From positions 23,489 to 87,488 of the forward strand of contig CAUWGC010000006.1 in NCBI GenBank assembly GCA_963558405.1: a stretch of 64,000 bases of DNA, written 5' to 3'. Source of the stretch: an uncultured Clostridia bacterium. GTDB taxonomy: Bacteria > Bacillota > Clostridia > TANB77 > CAG-508. Positions 31,429-42,845 of this stretch are shown one piece after another. The stretch's first letter is position 1; every line of letters starts with the position of its first letter. The notes beneath the pieces were generated by a model. The model was not told the DNA's origin and did no database searches. It saw only the letters and a list, made by a program, of their open reading frames with translations. A program made the position numbers and the translations under genes.

Positions 31429-33861
31429 ATGATTACATTGTCATATAATTTTAAAGAAATCGAGAAAAAGTGGCAAACTAAGTGGGAAAAAGAAGGTACT
31501 TTTAATGCTAAAGATGATTATACAAAGAAAAAATGGTATGGATTAGTTGAGTTTCCATATCCTTCTGGTCAAGGATTACATGTAGGTCATCCAAGAAGCT
31601 ATACTGCTCTTGATATTATTGCTAGAAAGAGAAGATTAGAAGGTTATAATGTATTATATCCTATTGGCTTTGATGCTTTTGGTCTTCCTGCAGAAAATTA
31701 TGCTATTAAAAATCATATTCACCCAAAAATAATTACAGAGCAAAATATTAATAATTTTAGAAGACAATTAAAATCTTTAGGTTTTTCTTTTGATTGGTCT
31801 CGTGAAATTAATACAACAGACCCTAACTATTATAAATGGACACAATGGATTTTTATCCAATTATTTAAACGTGGTCTTGCTTATAAAGCTACTATGAAAA
31901 TTAATTACTGTACAGGTTGTAAGGTTGGTTTAGCAAACGAAGAAGTAGTTAATGGCGTTTGTGAAAGATGTGGAAGCGAAGTTGTTCAAAAAGAAAAATC
32001 TGAATGGATGCTAAAAATTACAGAATATGCTGGTCGTTTAATTGATGATTTAGATGATGTAAATTTCTTAGATAAAATTAAAGCACAACAAAAAAATTGG
32101 ATTGGAAAAAGTACTGGTGCAGAAGTTACTTTTTGTATTGATGGAGAAAAAGAAAAACTTTTGGTATACACTACAAGACCAGATACTTTATTTGGTGCTA
32201 CATATTTAGTAGTTGCTCCTGAACATCCTATGATAAAAAATCTAAGTGACAAAATAACAAACATGGATGAAATTTTAGAATATAAAGAAAAAGCTTCTCA
32301 TAAATCCGATTTTGAAAGAACTGAACTTGTAAAAGAAAAAACTGGTGTAGAAGTTAAAGGAATAAAAGCAATTAATCCTCTTACTGGTGAAAAAATCCCA
32401 GTTTGGGCTTCTGATTATGTTTTATGGGGCTATGGTACAGGTGCTATTATGGCTGTTCCTGCACATGATACAAGAGATTGGGATTTTGCTAAAAAATTTG
32501 GATTACCTATTAAACAAGTTATTGTTCCTACAAAAGATGCAAAATCTACAGAATTAACAGAAGCATTTACTAACGTAGACGAGGGTGTTTTAATAAATTC
32601 TGATTTTCTAAATGGACTTTCTGTAAAAGACGCAATTTCTACTGTTATATCTTACTTAGAAAAAAATAATATTGGAACAAAAAAAGTAAATTATAAACTT
32701 CGCGATTGGGTATTTTCTAGACAACGTTATTGGGGAGAACCAATTCCAATGGTATATTGTGAAAAATGCGGATGGGTTCCTTTAGATGAAAAAGACCTAC
32801 CTCTTACACTTCCTGATGTAAAAGACTTTGAACCAGGAGAAAATGGAGAATCTCCACTTGCAAAACAAACAGAATGGATTAATACAGTATGCCCTAAATG
32901 TCATGGAAAAGCTACAAGAGAAACAGATACAATGCCTCAGTGGGCTGGATCTTCTTGGTATTTCTTACGTTATATGGATCCACATAATGATAAAGAACTT
33001 GCATCTAAAGAAGCTCTTGATTACTGGGCTCCTGTGGATTGGTACAATGGTGGAATGGAACATACAACACTTCACTTACTATATTCTCGTTTTTGGTATA
33101 AATTTCTTTATGATATTGGTGTTGTTCCAACAAAAGAACCTTATTCAAAAAGAACATCTCATGGAATGATTTTAGGGTCTAATGGTGAAAAAATGTCTAA
33201 GTCAAAAGGAAATGTAATTAATCCAGATGACATTGTAAACGAATTTGGTGCAGATACATTAAGAGTTTATGAAATGTTTATGGGACCATTTGACCAAACT
33301 GCTCCATGGTCTATGGATAGTATTAGAGGTTGTTTTAAATTCTTAGAAAGAGTTTGGAACATGCAAGATATGCTTGTAGAAGGAAATACTTATTCTGCAG
33401 ATTTTGAAAAAATGATTCATAAAGCAATCAAGAAAATAAGTAATGATATAGAAGAAATGAAATATAACACATGTATTTCTACTTTTATGACAATGGTAAA
33501 TGAATTTTATCGTTTAAAAAGAATTAATAAAAAAGAGTTTAGTACATTCTTAATTTTACTAAATCCATTTGCCCCACACATTACTGAGGAATTGTTTGAA
33601 ATTTTAGGAAATGAAAAACCTATTTCAGAACAAGATTGGCCTAAATATGATGAATCAAAAACAATTGATAATGAAATAGAAATGCCAATTCAAGTAAATG
33701 GAAAAGTAAGAACAACTGTAAAACTTCCACTTGATTGTGATGAAAATATTGCCAAAGAATTAGTTCATGCAAATAATGTTATTTCTGCTAATTTGGAAGG
33801 TAAAACAATTGTAAAAGAAATTTATATAAAAAATAAAATTTACAATATTGTTGTTAAATAA
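31429..33861 (+). CDS. leuS: Leucine--tRNA ligase
   Basis: [26 protein letters not shown] editing domain, KMSKS; true start may be TTG 31438. Confidence 0.97.
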   Translation: MITLSYNFKEIEKKWQTKWEKEGTFNAKDDYTKKKWYGLVEFPYPSGQGLHVGHPRSYTALDIIARKRRLEGYNVLYPIGFDAFGLPAENYAIKNHIHPKIITEQNINNFRRQLKSLGFSFDWSREINTTDPNYYKWTQWIFIQLFKRGLAYKATMKINYCTGCKVGLANEEVVNGVCERCGSEVVQKEKSEWMLKITEYAGRLIDDLDDVNFLDKIKAQQKNWIGKSTGAEVTFCIDGEKEKLLVYTTRPDTLFGATYLVVAPEHPMIKNLSDKITNMDEILEYKEKASHKSDFERTELVKEKTGVEVKGIKAINPLTGEKIPVWASDYVLWGYGTGAIMAVPAHDTRDWDFAKKFGLPIKQVIVPTKDAKSTELTEAFTNVDEGVLINSDFLNGLSVKDAISTVISYLEKNNIGTKKVNYKLRDWVFSRQRYWGEPIPMVYCEKCGWVPLDEKDLPLTLPDVKDFEPGENGESPLAKQTEWINTVCPKCHGKATRETDTMPQWAGSSWYFLRYMDPHNDKELASKEALDYWAPVDWYNGGMEHTTLHLLYSRFWYKFLYDIGVVPTKEPYSKRTSHGMILGSNGEKMSKSKGNVINPDDIVNEFGADTLRVYEMFMGPFDQTAPWSMDSIRGCFKFLERVWNMQDMLVEGNTYSADFEKMIHKAIKKISNDIEEMKYNTCISTFMTMVNEFYRLKRINKKEFSTFLILLNPFAPHITEELFEILGNEKPISEQDWPKYDESKTIDNEIEMPIQVNGKVRTTVKLPLDCDENIAKELVHANNVISANLEGKTIVKEIYIKNKIYNIVVK

Positions 33862-33875
33862 TAAATTATATGTAT

Positions 33876-33906
33876 AAAAGCACATTTTCTTAGAATATGT
33901 GCTTTT
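33876..33906 (+). terminator. Terminator after leuS
   Basis: AAAAGCACAT...ATGTGCTTTT. Confidence 0.7.
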
Positions 33907-33918
33907 TATTTTAAAAAA

Positions 33919-33950
33919 AGAGTATTGGCAATATAAACTGCCAATACTCT
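33919..33950 (-). terminator. Terminator after beta-CASP gene
   Basis: AGAGTATTGGCA...TGCCAATACTCT with a T-run on the minus strand. Confidence 0.7.
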
Positions 33951-33992
33951 AGAATTACAAAATATTATTAAGTAATTCTTTTTCCAAATAAT

Positions 33993-35399
33993 TTAGGCCT
34001 TACTTGGAAAGCTTTTTTCAATCCCCCACGGTCCAATACGAAATACCACATCTCTACTTAGTATTTCTACATGTTTAGCAATTCCATTCATTTTGATTGC
34101 TTCTTGTAAAGTTTCTTTTTTCTCTTGACTTCCATGATTTAGAAGCACAGCTCTAATGTTATTGAACTGTTTTAAATAACTTATCAGTTCATCTTGTTTG
34201 GCATGTTTTGAGAATTCTGATGTAAAACAAACTTTTGCTCTTTTAACAACATATTCTCTGCCAAATATATTGTTGATAACACTATCATCATCAGATTCAA
34301 TGATTCTCCTACCATTTGTATCTTTTACAAGATATCCTGTAAAATGTATCATAGCATCTTTTCTTTCAAGCAAATTAGGAAGATAAAACTGTGCTGGACC
34401 ATGACTTCCCATTCCTGAACTAGATATTATGATTTTAGGTCCTTTTGAATTAACCAAATTATACCTTTCTGTCTGACTTTCTACATACCCCAAACGATAC
34501 GGTAGAAATTCTCTTTTAGTAACATCAATTCCAATAGTATTATTAAAATACTCCGAATTGTACTTAAACGAAAGTACTCCATCTTGTCTTACCTCTACTC
34601 CTCTCAAACTTGGTACTTCATCTTGGATTTTCCGGATAGTATATAACACTTCCTGTGTTCTACCAAGTGAAAATGCTGGACAAAACACAACTTTTTCTTC
34701 TCTTATTGCTCTTAATAAGTTTTCTTTAAAACAATAATTTATATCTTGTGTTGTTTCACCTCCATATGTTGATTCCAAGATAACCGTCAAAGGCAATTGT
34801 TTTACCCATTCTGGGATTTCAGGTACTTTAAAGAACATATTGGTTGGATGATAATCTCCAGAATATAAAAGATTTATGCTATCATTAGACATTGGATTTT
34901 GGATTTGCACTAATATGCTTGCCGCACCTGGGAGATGTCCATTTCCTAACATTGTGATAGTGATGTTTTTGCTTACTTTGGTAGGAATATTATACTGAAT
35001 TCCAATTGTTTTGTTTAGAATTCTTTCAACATCCTCCCTGGTATAAAACATTTCACCCTTTGAATTGATTCTGTAATTATCTTGCAATGCATAAGGTAGC
35101 AATACCTTTGTCGCTTCAGTTGCATAACATTTACCATTAAACCCCTGGTAAGAAAGCATTGGTAATCTACCAATATGGTCTAAATGGTTGTGAGTTATTA
35201 ACACAAAACCAATATTCTCAGGCTTGAAAGGAAAAGAAGTATTATATTCTCTGCTATGTTCTTCACCCTGAAAAGAACCACAGTCCACCAAAAAAGTGGT
35301 ATCTTCCTTATTTGGAAAAACAGCCTTATTGTGATGACCTGACCCAGTTACTTCGCTATGCGTATCTTGTAAATACACAAAGAACCGCCTAGATTCCAT
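33993..35399 (-). CDS. Metallo-beta-lactamase/beta-CASP RNA-processing nuclease family
   Basis: VDCG, THNHLDHIG, GHLPGA, YSGD, ESTYG, FSKHA, NHG; contains two in-frame CGG codons. Confidence 0.85.
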   Translation of the reverse strand: MESRRFFVYLQDTHSEVTGSGHHNKAVFPNKEDTTFLVDCGSFQGEEHSREYNTSFPFKPENIGFVLITHNHLDHIGRLPMLSYQGFNGKCYATEATKVLLPYALQDNYRINSKGEMFYTREDVERILNKTIGIQYNIPTKVSKNITITMLGNGHLPGAASILVQIQNPMSNDSINLLYSGDYHPTNMFFKVPEIPEWVKQLPLTVILESTYGGETTQDINYCFKENLLRAIREEKVVFCPAFSLGRTQEVLYTIRKIQDEVPSLRGVEVRQDGVLSFKYNSEYFNNTIGIDVTKREFLPYRLGYVESQTERYNLVNSKGPKIIISSSGMGSHGPAQFYLPNLLERKDAMIHFTGYLVKDTNGRRIIESDDDSVINNIFGREYVVKRAKVCFTSEFSKHAKQDELISYLKQFNNIRAVLLNHGSQEKKETLQEAIKMNGIAKHVEILSRDVVFRIGPWGIEKSFPSKA

Positions 35400-35610
35400 A
35401 AAAGAACCTCCTTTAGAATTGAAATATAAGCAAAAAAGCTTATGTATATATATTGTATCACATTCTTTTTATAATTACCATGACTTATTGTTCAATTTAT
35501 TGAATTTTGTAATATTTTTGTAATATTTTTTTAATATTTATGTCATACATTTTTTTATTTTATATAGTATAATAGATGTGTAAAATTGTAATTTACTAAG
35601 GAGAAAAATT

Positions 35611-36705
35611 ATGAGCATAGAAACAGATTTAAGAAAAGATGGTATAGAAGTTCTTCAAAAGTTAGATACTCTTCATATAAATTCTATTGCAAAAAATGTT
35701 TCAGAAAGTTTAGTTAACGGACTTCCTGAGCTTAATTTAAATTACAATGAATTATTTATGAAATTATCTCGCTTAGATATGTACCTTGCTAAAATTCCAA
35801 ATGGAATGGCAGAAGCTAATTATTGTTATGTAAATTCATCTATTTACTTTAATCATATGGCCGATTTTACAAAAGTAAGTACTTTTGCAGTACATGAGTG
35901 TATTCATTATTTGCAAGAAGTACGAGATAATAAAAATAATTTAACTAAACTTGGATTATATGATTTTTCAACTGGTATGGCTTTAAATGAATCAGCTGTT
36001 CAGTTAATGACTTCAAAAGCTATAAGTGAACCAGAAGATGAGGTAAAATATTATGATATTACTTTAAAAACTACAAGTCCTAATTACTATCCTTTACTTT
36101 GCAATTTGGTAAAGCAAATGACATATGTAACTGGTGATTATTCTTTATATACAAGTACTTTTTATGGTACAAATTCTTTTAAAGAAAAATTTTGTAGTCT
36201 TTGTGGTGAGAAAAATTATTATCGTATTTTAAAAAATTTAGATAAATTATTATATGTAGAAGAAGAAATTATTGAACTAACAAACAAGTTACAAAGTATG
36301 GAATTAAAATCTAATTCAAACCAAAAAATTATGGCTAAAATAGAAAAAAACAAAAAATATATTAGAAATCTTTACTTTTCTATTCAAAACCTAATATTAG
36401 TTTCTTACTTTGATAATTTATATAAACAACTTTATACTTTAGAAGATATCGAAAGTTACCGTTCTAGACTATATCATTATAAAGATTATATTGGTACAAC
36501 TAATGATTATTTCTTTTTTAACGATTATTATTTATCTAAAATGGAAAAATTAGAGGCTAAAAAAGATGCTTTACAGGGAAGTGCTTCTACAACAGCACTT
36601 ATATATATAAAAGAAAGTAAAATTTCTACATTTTGGCGTGCAATAAAAAATTTATTTACTAAGTCAACTTCTGCAATGGAATATAACAAAAAAAAGAGTA
36701 ATTAA
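35611..36705 (+). CDS. Hypothetical protein with HExxH metallopeptidase-like motif
   Basis: AVHECIH followed ~25 aa later by ALNESA. Confidence 0.55.
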   Translation: MSIETDLRKDGIEVLQKLDTLHINSIAKNVSESLVNGLPELNLNYNELFMKLSRLDMYLAKIPNGMAEANYCYVNSSIYFNHMADFTKVSTFAVHECIHYLQEVRDNKNNLTKLGLYDFSTGMALNESAVQLMTSKAISEPEDEVKYYDITLKTTSPNYYPLLCNLVKQMTYVTGDYSLYTSTFYGTNSFKEKFCSLCGEKNYYRILKNLDKLLYVEEEIIELTNKLQSMELKSNSNQKIMAKIEKNKKYIRNLYFSIQNLILVSYFDNLYKQLYTLEDIESYRSRLYHYKDYIGTTNDYFFFNDYYLSKMEKLEAKKDALQGSASTTALIYIKESKISTFWRAIKNLFTKSTSAMEYNKKKSN

Positions 36706-36716
36706 TTACTCTTTTT

Positions 36717-37634
36717 TTATTGTAATATTTCTGATAATAAATCCATATATCCTTCTTTTCCTAAATAAACATTTTCTTTTGTAAAATAATATAAAATAAA
36801 ATCATGTACTGCTCCTTCGTATTCTTTTACTTGTATTTGTTTTCCTGCATCTTTTAATTTATTTTCCAAAATTTTAACATCTGGATTTAATATATCATAT
36901 GTTCCTGTAAAAATAACAATTGGACATAAATTTTCCATTGGACCATATAATGGATTAGCTAAATATTCTTTGGAATTATCTTTTACATTTCTATATTGTT
37001 CTCCTGCTATTTTTAATGAAGGCTCAAAAAGCATTTGATCTTTTTTTTGCACTTTTGATATTTCTGGATTTTGCATAGTTGTATCTAACCAAGGTGAAAT
37101 TAAAATTAGCTTATCTGGCATCCTAATTTGTTGTTCTCCCATTTCTTGCATCAAAGCTAATGCTAATCCCCCTCCTGCTGAATCTCCCATTACAATAAAT
37201 TTTTCAGTTTTTATATTTTTTATTACTTCTTTATAAAATGGTTCCATCATATCAAATACATCTTTATAATTATATTTTGGAGTTAATGGATAATCTGGTA
37301 CAATTAAGGTTATATTTGTATCATTTAATAAATTTTCAAAGAAAGTCCAATGTTCTTTTTGAAGTTCTGCCATATATGAACCACCATGAATATATATAAT
37401 TGTAGTATCGGTTTGGCTTTCTTTATCTTTTTTTATTGTAAATATTTTCCTTCCTTCTATTTTTTGAGTGTTCACATAGTATTTTTGTTCAAACCATTTA
37501 GGAACTTTTGAAACTACATCTCCATTAAAAAGATAAAATGTAAGTATTACTACAGATACACATATAGATATAAAAAGTACCATTAAAATTCTAAACCATA
37601 TTTTCTCATGTAATTTTTTCTTTTCTTTTTCCAT
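36717..37634 (-). CDS. Alpha/beta hydrolase (HSL-family esterase), membrane anchored
   Basis: HGG, GDSAGG, catalytic D and H (GAVHDF). Confidence 0.85.
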   Translation of the reverse strand: MEKEKKKLHEKIWFRILMVLFISICVSVVILTFYLFNGDVVSKVPKWFEQKYYVNTQKIEGRKIFTIKKDKESQTDTTIIYIHGGSYMAELQKEHWTFFENLLNDTNITLIVPDYPLTPKYNYKDVFDMMEPFYKEVIKNIKTEKFIVMGDSAGGGLALALMQEMGEQQIRMPDKLILISPWLDTTMQNPEISKVQKKDQMLFEPSLKIAGEQYRNVKDNSKEYLANPLYGPMENLCPIVIFTGTYDILNPDVKILENKLKDAGKQIQVKEYEGAVHDFILYYFTKENVYLGKEGYMDLLSEILQ

Positions 37635-37654
37635 TTTTTATTCCTTCTTTTATT

Positions 37655-39502
37655 TTAAAAATGAAATCTTCTTTTTAGTTCTTCTTTCATTTCTTTTCCA
37701 CAAAATAATATAGTACTAATAATTGTAACAGTTGATATTCCTAATGAAATCATAATAAATATTCCTAATTTTACTATTGATAACATAAGTAATAAAACAG
37801 GTATTAAACTCCATACAAAAATTATAAATTGATATAATGCATATTTAGGATATCCTTTTTGATTAATAATAAGTAAAATTAACATTGTAATATTGGCTGT
37901 AGAACATAATATTGGAAGAGCTAATTTTATAGACCATCCATTATAACCAATAATCCAATCTAACAGTACTACAATAATAGTTGCACATATTGTTTGCACC
38001 ATAACATGTGATGCAATATTAACATTTTTTTTAATTGAATACCAAATAGTAACTAAACTATATACTATTCCTAATATTACAATCCAGGACCAATGAAATT
38101 TAGGTTCAACCGTATTATTAATTATTAAAGAAGTTCCTCCTATTAATATAGAAATAATAATTAGTATTTTTAACCATAATTTACTTTTATTCATATTCAT
38201 TACTTTTGGATATAATAAACCTTCTTTATTTTTATATATTTCATTTGTTATTGTTTTATTTTCTATGTTTTCATGTTTTAACTCTTCTTTTATTTCTTTT
38301 TCTAATAAATCTTCTTGCAAAATAGATGTTACAGTAAAAGTTATATTATCTCCATATGAACATGCTCCTACTTTTATTTTTTCTGCTTTTTCTGGTGCTA
38401 CCAATAAATAAAAATTTTGTATATATTCTTCATACTCTTTTAATACATTTATTTTTCCAATATTTGAAAAGGTTGTAGTTGTATATTTAGCTATCTCTTG
38501 ATAGCTTATTTTTAATGTAATTTTCTTTAAAAATAAAGGTATAAATCTTACTATTATATTTGTTCCCATATTTACAGTTGAAGACATTGTTTTACTTATT
38601 TCTTCTTTTGTAAGTTTACTTTTAAATTCTTCTTTCACAAATTCTAATATATCATCTAAATTATCAAATTTTATTTTTTTTCTGTTAGCTTCTATTGTAA
38701 TATATGAAAAAAAGTTACTAATTGTAGTAGAATCAAAATATTTTTTTAAATTTACTGGTATGCATACTTTTATTGGCTTTTTATTAGTAGTATTTTTTTG
38801 ATATGATTCATATATTGATTTTATTAATATTGCTGTTAAGTATTGAGTTACTGTCACTTTTTTTCTTCTACATGTTTTTATTGTTTGTTTTAAATTTATA
38901 TTAAAATGAGTTACTTTTGTTGCGAAAAAAAGATTCTTTTTTCCTTTTAATATAAATGCTTTTTTTGAACTATTTTTTCCATGTAAGTTTTTTTGATAAT
39001 TTTTTATATAACTATCTTCTGTATTTTTATTATTAATTTCTATTTTACCAATATCACTTAAGTTGTTTGTTTTTATACCATATTTTAATTCTATATATTT
39101 ATAGCAAATTGCCTTTAATAATTCTAGGGCTCCATTTCCATCAGTTACAGAATGGAACATTTCTAGATTTACTTTATTTTTAAAATATGTAACTTTAAAT
39201 AAATAGTCATTATTAGTAGTTTTATCTATATATTTACAAGGATATGTTCTTTCTTTTTCTACTATTGGATCTTTTGGATTATATTCAAAATAATACCAAA
39301 AGAATCCTTTTCTCATCCTTACTTTAAAAGAATTATATATATTTATAGTAGTTATTACAGCTTCCTTTAAAACATCTTCTTCTATATCATCTTTTAATAC
39401 ACAAGATATACGAAATACATTGCTAAATTTTTTACTTGAAATAATCGGAAATAATTTTGCTGAATTATCTAGTCTTCTCCATCTTTGTTCTTTTTCTTTC
39501 AT
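37655..39502 (-). CDS. Alcohol-acetyltransferase/condensation-like domain fused to multi-TM (DUF6320-like) domain
   Basis: LDNSAK, FHSVTDG (HxxxDG), PVNLK; C-terminal TM helices ending ELKRRFH. Confidence 0.7.
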   Translation of the reverse strand: MKEKEQRWRRLDNSAKLFPIISSKKFSNVFRISCVLKDDIEEDVLKEAVITTINIYNSFKVRMRKGFFWYYFEYNPKDPIVEKERTYPCKYIDKTTNNDYLFKVTYFKNKVNLEMFHSVTDGNGALELLKAICYKYIELKYGIKTNNLSDIGKIEINNKNTEDSYIKNYQKNLHGKNSSKKAFILKGKKNLFFATKVTHFNINLKQTIKTCRRKKVTVTQYLTAILIKSIYESYQKNTTNKKPIKVCIPVNLKKYFDSTTISNFFSYITIEANRKKIKFDNLDDILEFVKEEFKSKLTKEEISKTMSSTVNMGTNIIVRFIPLFLKKITLKISYQEIAKYTTTTFSNIGKINVLKEYEEYIQNFYLLVAPEKAEKIKVGACSYGDNITFTVTSILQEDLLEKEIKEELKHENIENKTITNEIYKNKEGLLYPKVMNMNKSKLWLKILIIISILIGGTSLIINNTVEPKFHWSWIVILGIVYSLVTIWYSIKKNVNIASHVMVQTICATIIVVLLDWIIGYNGWSIKLALPILCSTANITMLILLIINQKGYPKYALYQFIIFVWSLIPVLLLMLSIVKLGIFIMISLGISTVTIISTILFCGKEMKEELKRRFHF

Positions 39503-39503
39503 T

Positions 39504-40763
39504 TTAAATTTTCCTTTTTTCTTTTAAATATTTATCAATCTCTTCTCCTGCTTCTCTTCCGCTTCTTGCTGCCCATGCTACAGTTTGTTTTTCACCGGTT
39601 ACATCTCCACCAGAAAAATATTTTTCTTTATTAGTCTGATATTTATCATTTATTTTAATACATCCTTTTTCAGTAAGTTCAAAATCAAGAGATTCTAAAA
39701 TATTTATTTCTGGCTTTGCACCTATTGCCATAACAACAATATCCATTGGCAATATATATTCTTCTCCTTCTATATTTATAGGTATCTCTCTTTGGCTTCC
39801 TTCTTTTTTTACAAGTTTAGTAGGTACACATTCTATTTTTTCTACTTTATCTTTTCCAATTATTTTTGTAATATTAGTTTGATATAAAAATTTAACACCT
39901 TCATTTATTGCATCTTTAACTTCTTTTTCCTCTGCTGGCATTTGTTTTTGACTTCTTCTATAAATAACTGTTACTTCTTTTGCTCCTAATCTTTTTATTG
40001 TTCGACTTGCATCCATTGCAACATTGCCTCCACCGATAATGCAAACTTTTTTATTACTATAATCTGGATGACATTTATTTTCTAATAGTTCATTTCCTCC
40101 ATAAACACCTTCTAATTCTTCACCAACTATTCCCATTTTAGAAGAAATATTACTTCCAATACCAATAAATACAGCATCAAAATTTTCTAGATCTTTCTCC
40201 TTTAAATTTTTTCCTAATTCTTTTTCATATTCTACTTTAATTCCTAGTTGTAATATTTTTTTTATGGTATTTTGTAAGATTTCTGTGTCTAGTCTAAAAT
40301 TTGGAATTCCATGTTCTAAAATTCCTCCTAAAGATTTGTTTTTATCAAAAATAGTAACTTTATATCCACATCTTGCAAGATAGGCAGCACATGAAATCCC
40401 CGCAGGTCCTGCGCCTATTACTGCAATCTTCTCATCTTTACTATCATTTTCTAGCATTGGTATTTCATAATTTTCTTTAATTGCAATATCACCTACAAAA
40501 GCTTCTAATTCGCCTATAGATACACTTTCACCTTTTATTCCTCTTACACAACTACCTTCGCATTGACTTTTATGTGGACATATTCTCCCACATATAGGAG
40601 ATAATACCGTTGTTTTACACAATATCTCATATGCTTTTTTATATTCACCTTTTTTTACTTCTGCAATAAAACTTGGAATATCATTTCCAAGTGGACATCC
40701 TTTACTACATGGTTTTACTTTACAATTTAAACAATAATTTGCTTTTTCTACTATACTATTCAT
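39504..40763 (-). CDS. GltD/NfnB-like FAD/Fe-S oxidoreductase
   Basis: CLNC..PC..GCP, GRICP...QCE..C, GAGPAG, GGGNVAMD. Confidence 0.85.
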   Translation of the reverse strand: MNSIVEKANYCLNCKVKPCSKGCPLGNDIPSFIAEVKKGEYKKAYEILCKTTVLSPICGRICPHKSQCEGSCVRGIKGESVSIGELEAFVGDIAIKENYEIPMLENDSKDEKIAVIGAGPAGISCAAYLARCGYKVTIFDKNKSLGGILEHGIPNFRLDTEILQNTIKKILQLGIKVEYEKELGKNLKEKDLENFDAVFIGIGSNISSKMGIVGEELEGVYGGNELLENKCHPDYSNKKVCIIGGGNVAMDASRTIKRLGAKEVTVIYRRSQKQMPAEEKEVKDAINEGVKFLYQTNITKIIGKDKVEKIECVPTKLVKKEGSQREIPINIEGEEYILPMDIVVMAIGAKPEINILESLDFELTEKGCIKINDKYQTNKEKYFSGGDVTGEKQTVAWAARSGREAGEEIDKYLKEKRKI

Positions 40764-40793
40764 ACTTACTTTCCTTTTTGTTATTTTTTTGTT

Positions 40794-40822
40794 ATTGTAT
40801 TATGGATAATAGTAAATGTCAA
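40794..40822 (-). promoter_or_regulatory. Sigma-A promoter of GltD-like gene
   Basis: TTGACA-17 nt-TACAAT. Confidence 0.65.
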
Positions 40823-40874
40823 TCTAGCCTGACTACCTAGTTTATTTTATAATTTTTATGCATTTATATTGTTT

Positions 40875-41417
40875 TTATTTATTGTAATTTAAAAAATAAT
40901 ACAATAATGCTATATTTTCACTTGCAGAAACAAGTTTGTTTTCGTCTAATAATTTTTTTACCTCTTCTAATGTAATTTCCACTACTTCAATATCTTCTGT
41001 ATCATCTAGATTCATTTGTGTTTTTTCTAAATCTTCTGCTAAAAAAATTTCTATCTTTTCTTCAGAATATCCTACAGTTGGATAATATTCTCTTATTTTT
41101 TTTATTTTTTTAGCATAATATCCTGTTTCTTCTTCTAATTCACGTATAGCAGCATCTCTTGTATCTTCTCCTTTTTCTATCATACCTGCTGGTAGTCCTA
41201 ATATATATTTACTAACTGCTGTTCTAGCTTCTTTAATCATAATAACAGTTCCATTATTTGTAATTGGTAAAATTACAACAGCATTTCCTGGGATAACATG
41301 TTCTCTATATATTTTTTTACCATTTTTATTATAAATTCTTTCTTCTACACGTAGTCTTTTCCCTTGATATGCAATTTTAGATTCTTCTAATTTATAATCC
41401 CATTCTTTTTCTTCCAT
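40875..41417 (-). CDS. NUDIX hydrolase (ADP-ribose pyrophosphatase-like)
   Basis: Nudix box PAGMIEKGE...AAIRELEEETG. Confidence 0.88.
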   Translation of the reverse strand: MEEKEWDYKLEESKIAYQGKRLRVEERIYNKNGKKIYREHVIPGNAVVILPITNNGTVIMIKEARTAVSKYILGLPAGMIEKGEDTRDAAIRELEEETGYYAKKIKKIREYYPTVGYSEEKIEIFLAEDLEKTQMNLDDTEDIEVVEITLEEVKKLLDENKLVSASENIALLYYFLNYNK

Positions 41418-41432
41418 TTTTATACCTTCTTT

Positions 41433-41999
41433 TTAAATTTCTAAATTCATTTCTTTCGCTTTTTCTTTTAATAACTTTAAATCTTTCCAAAAGTCTATTT
41501 TTTTAGTTTCATCTCGTAATAAAGCTGCAGGATGCCAAGTCGGTAAATATAAAATTCCTCTTTGTTCTACCCACTTTCCTCTAGAAGAAGTAATACCATA
41601 ATCTTTTCCTAATATATTTTTTAAAGCTACGCTTCCTAATAATACTATAATTTTTGGCTTTACTAAAATTACTTGATTACGTAGATAATCAATACAAGCT
41701 ATTGCTTCGTCTTGCTCTGGATTACGGTTATTAGGTGGTCTACATTTTACTATATTAGAAATATATATTTTACTTCTATCTATTTCTAAGCCTTTAAATG
41801 CCATATTCATAAGTTTTCCTGCTTTACCTACAAAAGGTATTCCTTCTTTATCTTCATCTGCACCTGGACCTTCTCCTATAAACATTATATCTGCATTTTT
41901 ATTTCCTTCCGCAAATACAATATTTGTTCTTCCACTAGCTAATTTACATTTTTTGCATCCTTCTATACTTTTTTCTAATTCTTCCCAAGTTTGATACAT
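41433..41999 (-). CDS. Uracil-DNA glycosylase family 4
   Basis: C..C, IGEGPG, PFVG.AG, KCRPP.NR, HPA. Confidence 0.9.
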   Translation of the reverse strand: MYQTWEELEKSIEGCKKCKLASGRTNIVFAEGNKNADIMFIGEGPGADEDKEGIPFVGKAGKLMNMAFKGLEIDRSKIYISNIVKCRPPNNRNPEQDEAIACIDYLRNQVILVKPKIIVLLGSVALKNILGKDYGITSSRGKWVEQRGILYLPTWHPAALLRDETKKIDFWKDLKLLKEKAKEMNLEI

Positions 42000-42009
42000 T
42001 TTTTCCCCC

Positions 42010-42828
42010 TTATTTTAGTCCAATAATAGCTGTATTTAACCCATTTAATTTTCCTTCGCCTCTATAAGAATGAAATTCTTTTTTGTTACATACTGTACAT
42101 ATATTGCTATCTATTATGTTTTCTCTTTTTAATCCAAATTTTTCTAATATATTTTTATTAATTTCTATAGTGTCTATATTCCATTTTTTTACTTCATTTT
42201 TTATTCCCATATATTTAATTAGCTTTTCTATATTTTCAACATTTGAAAATTCTTCTTCATATTTTTTAGCTACATCTTCTTCAACTTCAAAATGACATTT
42301 TCTAATACTTGGGCATATAAAACATAGTATATCTTTTGCTTTACAACCTTCTTGAAATACCATTTTTTGTACAGTTTTTAGCGCTATTTTTTGTAATGTA
42401 CCTCTCCATCCTGAATGGACATTTGCAATAACATTAGTATTAGGATCAAAAAATAAAAAAGATATACAATCAGCACTAGTAGTAGATAATACTATTTTCT
42501 TTTCATTTGTAATAAGACCATCTACATTATTAAATTGATTAGCATAACACACATATTCTTTTTCTAAATTTGTTTTATTTACTATTTCTACATTATCAGT
42601 ATGTGATTGTACTGGTCTAACAATATCATCTAATGAAAAAGATAATTCTTTTCCTAATTTTTCATAACTTTCTAACATTATTTTTTCGCTTGCTCTTTTA
42701 AAATCTAAATTTGTTCTTAATGTATATGCATGTGTTATTATATCTTCATATTCTAATAACTTTCTAAATTGTATATATTCTATTTTCTCTTTTTTTATAT
42801 GAATTATTGTTTCATTTGATAAATTCAT
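42010..42828 (-). CDS. pgeF: Peptidoglycan editing factor PgeF / YfiH family
   Basis: QSH, ADC, HSGWRG, CTVC...FHSYR. Confidence 0.85.
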   Translation of the reverse strand: MNLSNETIIHIKKEKIEYIQFRKLLEYEDIITHAYTLRTNLDFKRASEKIMLESYEKLGKELSFSLDDIVRPVQSHTDNVEIVNKTNLEKEYVCYANQFNNVDGLITNEKKIVLSTTSADCISFLFFDPNTNVIANVHSGWRGTLQKIALKTVQKMVFQEGCKAKDILCFICPSIRKCHFEVEEDVAKKYEEEFSNVENIEKLIKYMGIKNEVKKWNIDTIEINKNILEKFGLKRENIIDSNICTVCNKKEFHSYRGEGKLNGLNTAIIGLK

Positions 42829-42845
42829 CTCTATCTCCTTTTTAT

